From: Bacillota bacterium
GTDB taxonomy: Bacteria; Bacillota; Clostridia; Acetivibrionales; DTU013
Length of the DNA stretch: 64,000 bases
Assembly: GCA_023435925.1 (NCBI GenBank)
Contig: JAEZLF010000288.1
Location: 13 to 64,012, forward strand
Reading direction: 5' to 3'
Shown: one piece after another, positions 1-7,800 of the stretch
How the letters are laid out: every line of letters starts with the position of its first letter
How positions within the stretch are numbered: position 1 is the stretch's first letter
Position numbers and translations under genes: made by a program
The notes under the pieces: model-generated
What the model was told of the DNA's origin: nothing
Databases searched by the model: none
Seen by the model: the letters and a program-made list of their open reading frames with translations, nothing else

Positions 1-136
1 CCATAACGGCATAAGCAGCACTTTCGCCTGAAGCAGCAGTGTGATCAATGGATGCAGAATACTGCAGCATGACCGGATACAGAATCATTATTATAATAAG
101 AAGAAACAGCTTCGCAGGGTGAATCGATGTATGCAT
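1..136 (-). CDS. Partial CDS (N-terminus only; gene runs off the left edge): hypothetical exported or membrane protein
   Basis: Minus strand from the ATG at 134-136 reads MHTSIHPAKLFLLIIIMILYPVMLQYSASIDHTAASGESAAYAVM with no stop before position 1. GAAAGGAA lies 7 nt upstream. The hydrophobic core looks like a signal peptide. Too short for the ORF track. Confidence 0.3.
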   Translation of the reverse strand, partial: MHTSIHPAKLFLLIIIMILYPVMLQYSASIDHTAASGESAAYAVM

Positions 137-279
137 TCAAAGGTTCCTTTCTACCGTCTTTCTTCTATTATAAGCTTTATCCTACCGGTGAAGTAAAGCG
201 GGAATAAATGGGGCATAAGATTGAAAGCTTCGGGTAAAATACAAAAGTGACAAAAATGCAATATTAGGAGGGAAGCGCA

Positions 280-699
280 TTGAAAGTAAAAGATATTATG
301 ACGAAGGATGTAGCTTACATCAAACCGGATTGTTCTGTTATTGATGCAGCAAAGCTCATGCAGCAGGAAAATGTCGGATCAATTCCCGTATGCGATCAAT
401 CGGGTGTAGTGGGGATGGTTACCGACAGAGACATTGTTCTAAGAAATGTTGTCATAGGAACCGATCCAAAATCTACACCGGTAAGTAACATTATGACGAC
501 AAAGATAGAAACCGTTACGCCGGACACAGACGTCAACCGGCTGGGCGGCATTATGTCCAGGAATCAAATCAGGAGATTACCTGTAGTGGACAAAAATCAA
601 CTGGTTGGCATTGTCGCTCTGGGAGATCTGGCAGTGGATGAACGCTCCAACATGGAAGCATCTTTTGCACTCACAGATATATCCAAGCCGGAACATTAA
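280..699 (+). CDS. CBS-domain pair protein
   Basis: TTG start 8 nt after AGGAGG (266-271). Two CBS modules: DIMTKDVAYIKPD...IPVCDQSGVVGMVTDRDIV and IMTTKIETVTPD...LPVVDKNQLVGIVALGDL. Confidence 0.85.
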   Translation: MKVKDIMTKDVAYIKPDCSVIDAAKLMQQENVGSIPVCDQSGVVGMVTDRDIVLRNVVIGTDPKSTPVSNIMTTKIETVTPDTDVNRLGGIMSRNQIRRLPVVDKNQLVGIVALGDLAVDERSNMEASFALTDISKPEH

Positions 700-732
700 A
701 AACGGCGGATATCCAAGCCGGAACATTAAAAA
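679..732. repeat. Perfect 24-bp direct repeat at a 30-bp period, spanning the CBS gene stop codon
   Basis: atatccaagccggaacattaaaaa occurs at 679-702 and again at 709-732. Copy 1 encodes the last residues ISKPEH plus TAA. Confidence 0.9.
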
Positions 733-808
733 GCGAAAAAAGCCGGGATAAGGAAAACAAGAAATGAGAAGTGTAGAAGTGGAATAACGGAAAAAGCGGA
801 AACATGGT

Positions 809-878
809 AAAAAGCGATCAGGATGATATGGGCGGACAACTAATGTGATCATCATCGCCCGTAGTCTGACCGCTTTTT
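809..878. terminator. Candidate bidirectional terminator (long imperfect hairpin) between the convergent CBS and gerQ-like genes
   Basis: Arm aaaaagcgatcag (809-821) pairs with ctgaccgcttttt (866-878) at 12 of 13 positions. T-runs follow on both strands. The loop is large (about 44 nt), so confidence is low. Confidence 0.35.
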
Positions 879-978
879 CATGTTCCTATGTCTCTATGTC
901 TTTACAAATCACTTACCATTTACTTAAGGAAATTATGCTTTTCCATTTTCTACACATGGGGCTGACTTTTTGGACATA

Positions 979-1575
979 CTACAAAATAAACGTTACAAAT
1001 TTAATGGAATAAATATCGCAAAGCATGACGTCATCGGAGTCAACGAGCCGAATCAAAATGTAGCTTGCCCCGACGGCTATCAGAGTACCAGTTCTGTCTG
1101 TGAAACTATTCGTACCCAGAAGGAATTCAACTCTCACCTTTCTGCCGATTTGCGTCCTCAGAAAGCCGGGAGTAAAAAGCGGACTTTCGACTGTTGTCGG
1201 CATATTGGTCCATCCTGGTGCGGTAGGTACCTGAGGGGAGGTTGATGTCTGGGGAACACCACCCATTCCCGATGCTTGCGGAAGCAGCGGAGCAGTGACA
1301 CCGCCATTGGGGAAGCCTGCCGGTGCCATCGGCATATGCTGAGTTTCTGCAGGCATCATATTCGGCATCATCATAGGCGCAGAGGGTTTAAGCATTCCGG
1401 TTTTACCCTGAAATTCATTGGGCAGGTTCTGAAGTGCGGCAGGTGCTATGTTTTGAGACTGATATACACCCGGATTCATAGAGGCCGGCATTTCACCTGT
1501 ACAGGTACCGCATGGTCTATACTGTGGGAAGATTACTCCCTGTGTACTATTGTCAAAATCGCTCTTATATCTCAT
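979..1575 (-). CDS. gerQ: GerQ-like spore coat protein
   Basis: Gln/Pro/Met/Gly-rich low-complexity N-terminal two-thirds. The conserved C-terminal block (GRKVRVEFLLGTNSFTDRTGTLIAVGASYILIRLVDSDDVMLCDIYSIKFVTF) matches the GerQ family pattern. It lies directly downstream of a cwlJ-like gene, as in the Bacillus subtilis cwlJ-gerQ operon. Confidence 0.55.
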   Translation of the reverse strand: MRYKSDFDNSTQGVIFPQYRPCGTCTGEMPASMNPGVYQSQNIAPAALQNLPNEFQGKTGMLKPSAPMMMPNMMPAETQHMPMAPAGFPNGGVTAPLLPQASGMGGVPQTSTSPQVPTAPGWTNMPTTVESPLFTPGFLRTQIGRKVRVEFLLGTNSFTDRTGTLIAVGASYILIRLVDSDDVMLCDIYSIKFVTFIL

Positions 1576-1663
1576 AGAAATCGCTCCTATCTATTATTTG
1601 TTTATCCATAAAATTAACCATATCCTAAATCTCTGGTTTTCTTTAATAATAGGCCAAGTTTGA

Positions 1664-2101
1664 TTAAGTCTGATAATACAATGAAGTGGGCTGATAAAAG
1701 CAGTGCTCATTAATCCGGTTAAAAAGGCTGCCTGAACCGTTTCTCGGGAAAATACTCTCACAAGTAGGGCTGAAAGGGTTATAATACCAAAGGCAGGGTG
1801 CAACACCCGACAGAACATTGCCTGCAAGTGCCCAGTCAGCGACATCAAAATGTATCTGCTCAGCCGGAATGTTCCATACGTTCTGTGGATTAATCTCCCC
1901 GTACACCTGATCCAGCATGCAGGTAAACTGGTAAGGCTGCTCTATCACTCTCCGAAGATTGCCCTCATTCACACGCTGGTATTCTCCCTCTGCCACATGA
2001 ACCCTGTTCATTACAACTGTAGCAACTGCTCTCATACCATCCAGACCTTCACCTTCAGCTTCACAGCGAATAAGTCTGGCAAATAGCTCCCGGTCCGTCA
2101 T
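1664..2101 (-). CDS. cwlJ: Spore cortex-lytic cell wall hydrolase, CwlJ/SleB family
   Basis: FARLIRCEAEGEG and the C-terminal HCFYQPT match the CwlJ/SleB (Hydrolase_2) signatures. I place the start at the internal ATG (2099-2101) because AGGAGG (2108-2113, minus strand) lies 6 nt upstream. The ORF-track start at 2191 has no such site. Confidence 0.8.
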   Translation of the reverse strand: MTDRELFARLIRCEAEGEGLDGMRAVATVVMNRVHVAEGEYQRVNEGNLRRVIEQPYQFTCMLDQVYGEINPQNVWNIPAEQIHFDVADWALAGNVLSGVAPCLWYYNPFSPTCESIFPRNGSGSLFNRINEHCFYQPTSLYYQT

Positions 2102-2293
2102 GAACAAACCTCCTGTACATACGTGCAAAGTCTTAATATAGTATATTAACATAATATATAATTGGTAACCGGACGAAAAAATTTTTTGCAACCTCTATTT
2201 GATTTTGCAGTACAATCATATTTCATAATTTTTCGGGGCAATATAATGTTGTACGCTGTAAGCGGGTATTACCCGAAAAAAGGAGGCGTTACT

Positions 2294-2467
2294 GTGAGTA
2301 GACACAGAAGTTTGATGTCAGAGCAGTTAAAGCACGAAATTGCGAAGGAGCTTGGCGTCTACAGTACGGTAGAAGCAGATGGCTGGGGTGCCGTTTCATC
2401 CAGGGACTGCGGTAATATTGTCAAAAAAGCAATAGAAATGGCCGAGAGAAGCCTAGAAAGCAAATAA
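2294..2467 (+). CDS. Small acid-soluble spore protein, alpha/beta type
   Basis: LKHEIAKELGV...SRDCGNIVKKAIEMAE fits the clostridial alpha/beta SASP pattern. GTG at 2294 follows AAAGGAGG (2279-2286) by 7 nt; the ATG at 2315 (MSEQL) is an alternative start. A strong terminator follows. Confidence 0.8.
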   Translation: MSRHRSLMSEQLKHEIAKELGVYSTVEADGWGAVSSRDCGNIVKKAIEMAERSLESK

Positions 2468-2491
2468 CCTCTTGAATCCCAGTGTACCGGG

Positions 2492-2520
2492 AGCCGGCGA
2501 AAGCCGGCTTCTTTATATTC
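2492..2520 (+). terminator. Rho-independent terminator after the SASP gene
   Basis: agccggc (2492-2498), loop gaaa, gccggct (2503-2509), followed by tctttatatt. Confidence 0.7.
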
Positions 2521-2610
2521 ATATCAGTGAGCCGGCTTCTTAATGTTCACACCAATGAAATTTTTCTATAAAAATGTAATAATATTTTCCAGCCTTGTAC
2601 ACTTTCCTTG

Positions 2611-2639
2611 TTGAAAGAACGCGAAATCGGTGATATAAT
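2611..2639 (+). promoter_or_regulatory. Sigma-A-type promoter P1 upstream of the S-layer gene
   Basis: TTGAAA (2611-2616), a 17-nt spacer ending in TGa, then TATAAT (2634-2639). This is an extended -10 with a perfect hexamer. Confidence 0.6.
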
Positions 2640-2810
2640 TATATTTGCTAAAATCTGGGGACATTTCCACAACCATATGTGTCCGGATTGAACGCAACGT
2701 ATCACAAGGCGTCTTTCCAATGCAGCATAAACAAGCGTAAAGTGTCTGAAAAGTGCAGTATTGCTTTGTTGCAAATCTGTTACAATTTCTTTACACTTGG
2801 TTTGGATATG

Positions 2811-2839
2811 TTGACTGGCAAAAATGCCGGTGATATAAT
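2811..2839 (+). promoter_or_regulatory. Sigma-A-type promoter P2 upstream of the S-layer gene
   Basis: TTGACT (2811-2816), a 17-nt spacer ending in TGa, then TATAAT (2834-2839). It shares the 12-mer cggtgatataat with P1 exactly 200 bp upstream. The predicted leader is about 130 nt, with hairpins at 2870-2890 and 2911-2927. Confidence 0.65.
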
Positions 2840-2977
2840 CAATTTGAATTCAGAGGGGTGAAGCTTGCCCTTACTGAATAAAACAGTAAGACAAGTCGGG
2901 TTATATCACAGGGGTGAGGCGTACCCCGGCTTGACATCAGAGCCTGCCCCAAAAATTTACGAGGAGGATTTGAGAGT

Positions 2978-5785
2978 ATGAAGAATCTCAAAAAGTTACT
3001 TGCAGTAATCGTAGCAATTTGCGTGCTCGCAACATTTACGGTTCCTGCATTCGCCGAAGAGACTACCGCTGCTAAGACAGATGCAGAGATAGCTACAGAA
3101 CTCGGCGTTATTTTAGGCGAAGGTGGCGGCGTTACAGCTGACTATCTTGCATCACAGCCCACAAGGCTTCAGGGCGCTATTATGTTCCTGAGACTTAAGG
3201 GTCTGGAAGGCGCAGCAAAAGCATTCACCGGCACTGACAACTTTGAAGATGTCAGCGTAGTGAATGATACCAACAAAGCAATACTTGCCTATTTGAAAGC
3301 TAACCCGGATCTGGGATTCCAGGGCGTAGGCAACAACACGTTTGCTCCGTTAAAAGAGATGACAGCAAAAGAGTACTACAAAATTTTGCTCGTAGCTCTT
3401 GGATACGAAGAAAACACAGACTTCACTTGGGCAAATGTTCTTTCATTTGCAGCTTCCAAGGGTCTTACCAAGCTCATTGACAACGAGAAATTCACAGTTA
3501 ATGACCTTTGCATAGGCACAGTAGAAGCTCTGAAAGCAACAGTTAAGGGCGGAACTGACACTCTGATCGCTAAATTAGTTGAAGGCAACAGCATTTCAGC
3601 TGACAAGGCTACTGCAAGCGGATTGTACAATCCTGTAGCAAAAGCTCTTGAAGTTGTAAGCGCAACTGCTGACAACCTGAAGGCAGCTAAGGTAGTATTC
3701 AACAAGGAACTTAATGCTGACACAGTTGTTAAGGCTAACTTCAGCAACACAAACGTTGATGATGTTAAGTTGCTTGATGACAAGAAAACTGTTGTTGTTG
3801 TCCTGAAGGATGCCAAGAAACAGAGCGAAACTCTTGATATCGTTATCGACAATGTTAAAGCAGCTGACGGCACAAAGGTTGCTAAGGTTACCAAGACGGT
3901 TACTTTCGTTGATACTACTATACCTGTAGTAACTGGTGCAGTAGCAAAGAATGCAAAGACAATCGTTATCAGTGCAAGTGAACCTCTGGATGCATACAGC
4001 CAGTATGTAAAAGTATTCAGTGACATCAAGGTTGACGGAAATGCAGTTATAGCTACTTCAGCTATTGACTATGCTACTAATTCAATAACTCTGAAACTTA
4101 CTTCCATACTTGCAAAAGGTGCACACAAACTTGATATCTCCGGATTGAAAGATTTCGCTGGATATGTAGCAGTAGCAACATCCTTTAACATTGATGTAGC
4201 AGAAGACACTACAGCTCCTGCAATCGCATCTGCAAAGGTTAACAGCCCGACAGAAATCGAAGTAACTTTCAATGAAGATATTGACAGCCTGAACAAAGGA
4301 TCATTCACCGTTAATGGTACTGATGCAACAGTTAAATCACAGAGTGAAACTGATGCTTCCAAGATCACTATCACTTTAGGCAAGACTCTTGATATCGGTG
4401 CAACTGTTGAAATCAAGATCGGCTTCAAAGGACAGAAGGACGTTGTTGGAAACGAAGTTAAGGATACAACATACTTCACCTTTAAGGTATCTGATGATAC
4501 TACTCTGCCTACAGTAGCAGCTACAGTTGAATCAGGCAACAAGATAGTTCTTACTTTCAGCAAATCAGTACTGAAGGCCGGTACAGTTAAAATTTACAAC
4601 GTATCAGATTCCAAGCAGATCGGTGGAAACATTTCTCTTGCTGATAGCAATATCACTTGGGAATCCACCAACACTGTAGCTAAGATACCTGCTACATTGG
4701 GCGGAACAGGTTTGGATAACACTGATGCAAAAGACATTAAGATCAATATCACCGATGTAAAAGATGCTACAGTTAGAGCAAATGAACTTGGCGAACAGAA
4801 CATCAATGTTAAAGCTCTTGACACAAAGAAACCGACATTGTCACCGAGCTACACTATTAAAGCAGGAACTGCTGAGGACAAGAAGGATGATACAATCACA
4901 TTCTACTTCTCAGAGGCTATTGATGCTGAAACAGCTAAGAATCTCAGCAACTATGTAGTAACAACTCCTGGATCTGTTTTAACAGCAAAACAAGCTTTAG
5001 CAACTTACAGTGATGTATCCTTTAAAGAGTTATCCTCTGATGGCAAAAACGTTACTCTTTATGTAAAGGGTCTCCGTGATGAGTCTGCTAGCACCGCATT
5101 GGAATTCACAGTATATGCAATAAAGGATTTAGCAGGCAACATGCTTGTTACCGGTACGGCTTCCATAGTACCTGCAGGCAATCCTTCTCTGAGCACCTAT
5201 GCAGCTACTGGAACAAACACTGTTGAACTGGTTTACACTGAAGAAATTGGATATGCTGCTCCTGGCGCATTCATTATCAGAGAATCCAATACTACAAACG
5301 CAACAGTAAGTGCAGTTGTTATTTCAACAGCAATCGATGGTAGAAAGGTTACTTTGACACTTGACAGAAGCATTGGAACTACAACAGCAAAAGCTTATCT
5401 GTCTCAGCTTGACAGAACTTTGGTTAAGAATCCGTATGGAACTACATCTGCAACCGAGAGTGCATATCAGCTGACTGACAAGATTAAGCCTACGATTACC
5501 TACACTGCAACTAGTGCCGGTATATTGATCGAGTTCAGCGAAGAAGTATCAACCAGTGCAGCTACCTTATTCAATGAAATCACACTGACTAAGGGCGGAA
5601 ATGCAATTGATACATTCACAGCTTCATCAATATCTGCAATTGGTTCGGAGAACAAGGTTTGGAAGATCGGTAATCTTGAGATCAATACTGAATACAAGAT
5701 TCAGATGTATCCGAGAGGAACCGTAGATACTCGTACAAATGCTTTCCAGGCAACTGATCTGAAAGCTGTTACAACAAAACCGTAA
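2978..5785 (+). CDS. S-layer protein: signal peptide, SLH domains, then a series of Ig-like modules
   Basis: GAGGAGG lies 10 nt upstream of the ATG. Signal peptide MKNLKKLLAVIVAICVLATFTVPAFA. SLH-type segments include FEDVSVVNDTNKAILAYLKANPDLGFQGVGNNTFAPLKEMTAKEYYKILLVALGY. Recurring blocks such as EIEVTFNEDI, KIVLTFSKSV, TITFYFSEAI and ILIEFSEEV are typical of S-layer Ig-like repeats. Composition is Cys-poor and rich in Thr/Ala/Val/Lys. Strong promoters and a strong terminator flank it. Confidence 0.85.
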   Translation: MKNLKKLLAVIVAICVLATFTVPAFAEETTAAKTDAEIATELGVILGEGGGVTADYLASQPTRLQGAIMFLRLKGLEGAAKAFTGTDNFEDVSVVNDTNKAILAYLKANPDLGFQGVGNNTFAPLKEMTAKEYYKILLVALGYEENTDFTWANVLSFAASKGLTKLIDNEKFTVNDLCIGTVEALKATVKGGTDTLIAKLVEGNSISADKATASGLYNPVAKALEVVSATADNLKAAKVVFNKELNADTVVKANFSNTNVDDVKLLDDKKTVVVVLKDAKKQSETLDIVIDNVKAADGTKVAKVTKTVTFVDTTIPVVTGAVAKNAKTIVISASEPLDAYSQYVKVFSDIKVDGNAVIATSAIDYATNSITLKLTSILAKGAHKLDISGLKDFAGYVAVATSFNIDVAEDTTAPAIASAKVNSPTEIEVTFNEDIDSLNKGSFTVNGTDATVKSQSETDASKITITLGKTLDIGATVEIKIGFKGQKDVVGNEVKDTTYFTFKVSDDTTLPTVAATVESGNKIVLTFSKSVLKAGTVKIYNVSDSKQIGGNISLADSNITWESTNTVAKIPATLGGTGLDNTDAKDIKINITDVKDATVRANELGEQNINVKALDTKKPTLSPSYTIKAGTAEDKKDDTITFYFSEAIDAETAKNLSNYVVTTPGSVLTAKQALATYSDVSFKELSSDGKNVTLYVKGLRDESASTALEFTVYAIKDLAGNMLVTGTASIVPAGNPSLSTYAATGTNTVELVYTEEIGYAAPGAFIIRESNTTNATVSAVVISTAIDGRKVTLTLDRSIGTTTAKAYLSQLDRTLVKNPYGTTSATESAYQLTDKIKPTITYTATSAGILIEFSEEVSTSAATLFNEITLTKGGNAIDTFTASSISAIGSENKVWKIGNLEINTEYKIQMYPRGTVDTRTNAFQATDLKAVTTKP

Positions 5786-5816
5786 TAAATGATTCAAAAT
5801 TGAATCAGCAAAGGTT

Positions 5817-5850
5817 AAGCCGCCTGTGAAAACAGGCGGCTTTCTTTTCG
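5817..5850 (+). terminator. Rho-independent terminator after the S-layer gene
   Basis: aagccgcctgt (5817-5827), loop gaaa, acaggcggctt (5832-5842), then tcttttcgtcttt. A smaller hairpin tgattca/tgaatca lies at 5790-5807. Confidence 0.8.
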
Positions 5851-5919
5851 TCTTTACGTTTGTATAAAAGTGTGATACTATCTTAGAAGTGAAAAAACGG
5901 GGATGATGGTGATTAGAAG

Positions 5920-7758
5920 ATGAAAAAAATACAAAGATCAGAGACACCGGTTTATTACATTTTACCATTACTTCTATTGGTGGCTGTTGTACCGCTTATC
6001 GTGCATTTAAAAGTTATACCCCTAGACGAGGTTTCCTATAAAAGCTGGACCGGGCAGGAAAGCAATTCAGACTTTTTCTCTTATTACAAGTCAATTCTAA
6101 CAATTATTTTTTCCATACTGGCACTTGCTGCTTTTGCTATCGCAAGACACTATAAAATGATAGAGCTAAAAAGTCTTAAATTATACTATATTCCGATAGC
6201 TGTTTATACCGTTATGGTACTATTATCTTCACTATATACTGACTACCCTACTGTCGTTATGATGGGCTTTGTTGATAGATATGAGGGAATGTATGTATTA
6301 ATCTCGTATATGATAATTCTTTTCACAACCATTAATCTTGTTGATAAAGAAAAGTTTATTAAAGTTATTGTTGCCGGTATTTTTATCTCCGCTGTTGTTA
6401 TTGGGACGATAGGGATATTTCAATTTTTTGGTGTCGATTTTTTTAAGTCCGAGTTAGGGAAGTTTCTCATGTTACCTGAAAGCTATAGAAACACCGACCT
6501 TACATTTACATTTGGACCGCATACTATTTACTCTACCTTATACAATACGAACTATGTGGGAAGTTATACAGCGATGCTGTTACCATTGGCATTTGCTGCA
6601 TTTCTATACGCAAAAAAAGCTGTACCTAAAATTGCAGCAGGTGTGTTTACATGCTTGATGTTTGCCAACTGGTTGGGCTGTAGATCTAGAGCTGGCTATA
6701 TGGGCGGCGTGATTGCTCTTGCTGTATTAGCTATATTAATGCGAAAGAGCATCATAAAGAATATTAAAGCAATTGTGCCATTACTCATTTGTATTATTCT
6801 CATTTTTGTGGGAATGAATGCTGAAACAAATGGAGAACTTGGAGGAAGAATTATTACTACATTATCAAATATTGGAGATTATTCTACTGTAGGTGAGGAA
6901 GAAACAGACACTTCAGAAAAGACAATACTTGAAGATATCGTATTGACCGAAAAGATGGTGTCTATTGTCTACGGTAATAATACGTTGAATCTCAAACTGA
7001 ATAACAATGAAATGCAGTTTTCTGATGCAGATGATAAAACGTTGATCATAAAAAATGACCCGTCCGGGAACATCACATTTGAGGATGAGCGATATTCACC
7101 CTACAACATTTTGATCGATATGAGTACCAATACACTGGACATTAAGATTGACAAAATGGGTTTTATATTATATATAGATCCAACCGGCTTTAAATTTGTT
7201 GGGGAGCGAAATGCTTTAGTAGACGAGATCGATCGTCCGGAATCCTTTGGGTTTGAAGGAAAAGAAAAGTTCGCCTCTATGCGCGGATACATTTGGTCCC
7301 GGTCAATACCTATGCTAAAAGATAACTTAATAATCGGCGGTGGGCCGGATACTTTTGCTATACAGTTTCCACAGCGGGATTATGTGGGTAAGCTTAGAGC
7401 ATTTGACAGGGTAACTCAGATTGTGGATAAACCGCATAATATGTACTTGCAAGCAGGAATTAACACTGGTGTAGTATCACTTATTGCGTTTGTTTTCATT
7501 TTAGCTTTGTATATATTATCAAGCTTAAAAGTATATCTAAGGAAAACACCACTGGATGACACAGGAATTTTAGGTGTTGCAATACTGACTGCGGTGATTG
7601 GATATGCGATAGCAGGACTAGCAAATGATAGTCTTGTTTCAGTCGCTCCTGTATTCTGGGTTATACTAGGCTTAGGTATAAGTTGTAATTATATGGTGAA
7701 CAGAAAAACTGCTACAGATAAGAATAAACAGGTAGCAGGTAGAAAGGAAAGAAAATAA
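5920..7758 (+). CDS. O-antigen ligase / Wzy_C-family polytopic membrane protein (WsaB/PglL-like candidate O-oligosaccharyltransferase or ligase), paralogue 1
   Basis: About 10 hydrophobic segments. Wzy_C-type motifs WLGCRSRAGYMGG and DKPHNMYLQAGINTG. A hydrophilic, beta-rich insert of about 150 aa (about nt 6847-7300) sits between the TM bundles. Confidence 0.7.
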   Translation: MKKIQRSETPVYYILPLLLLVAVVPLIVHLKVIPLDEVSYKSWTGQESNSDFFSYYKSILTIIFSILALAAFAIARHYKMIELKSLKLYYIPIAVYTVMVLLSSLYTDYPTVVMMGFVDRYEGMYVLISYMIILFTTINLVDKEKFIKVIVAGIFISAVVIGTIGIFQFFGVDFFKSELGKFLMLPESYRNTDLTFTFGPHTIYSTLYNTNYVGSYTAMLLPLAFAAFLYAKKAVPKIAAGVFTCLMFANWLGCRSRAGYMGGVIALAVLAILMRKSIIKNIKAIVPLLICIILIFVGMNAETNGELGGRIITTLSNIGDYSTVGEEETDTSEKTILEDIVLTEKMVSIVYGNNTLNLKLNNNEMQFSDADDKTLIIKNDPSGNITFEDERYSPYNILIDMSTNTLDIKIDKMGFILYIDPTGFKFVGERNALVDEIDRPESFGFEGKEKFASMRGYIWSRSIPMLKDNLIIGGGPDTFAIQFPQRDYVGKLRAFDRVTQIVDKPHNMYLQAGINTGVVSLIAFVFILALYILSSLKVYLRKTPLDDTGILGVAILTAVIGYAIAGLANDSLVSVAPVFWVILGLGISCNYMVNRKTATDKNKQVAGRKERK

Positions 7759-7800
7759 TACTTTATTTATAGATGCATTGGTTTGGGGGCTTGCTTTGCA

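Noticed and set aside
577-1611. ORFs 577-855 (minus strand), 970-1245 (plus strand) and 1276-1611 (plus strand)
   Set aside because: The first spans the terminator and duplication region with no RBS. The other two are antisense to the GerQ-like gene, whose C-terminal family block and operon context with cwlJ are more convincing.
2547-2861. ORFs of 75 aa (minus strand) and 60 aa (plus strand) in the region upstream of the S-layer gene
   Set aside because: They have no RBS and no recognisable motifs. The region is better explained by the two tandem promoters and a long structured leader.
3376-4563. Long antisense ORFs (3376-4029 and 4069-4563, minus strand) inside the S-layer gene
   Set aside because: They lie wholly inside a well-supported plus-strand CDS. 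Their products are low-complexity mirror images of its Ala/Thr/Val-rich coding, and no RBS or family motifs are present.
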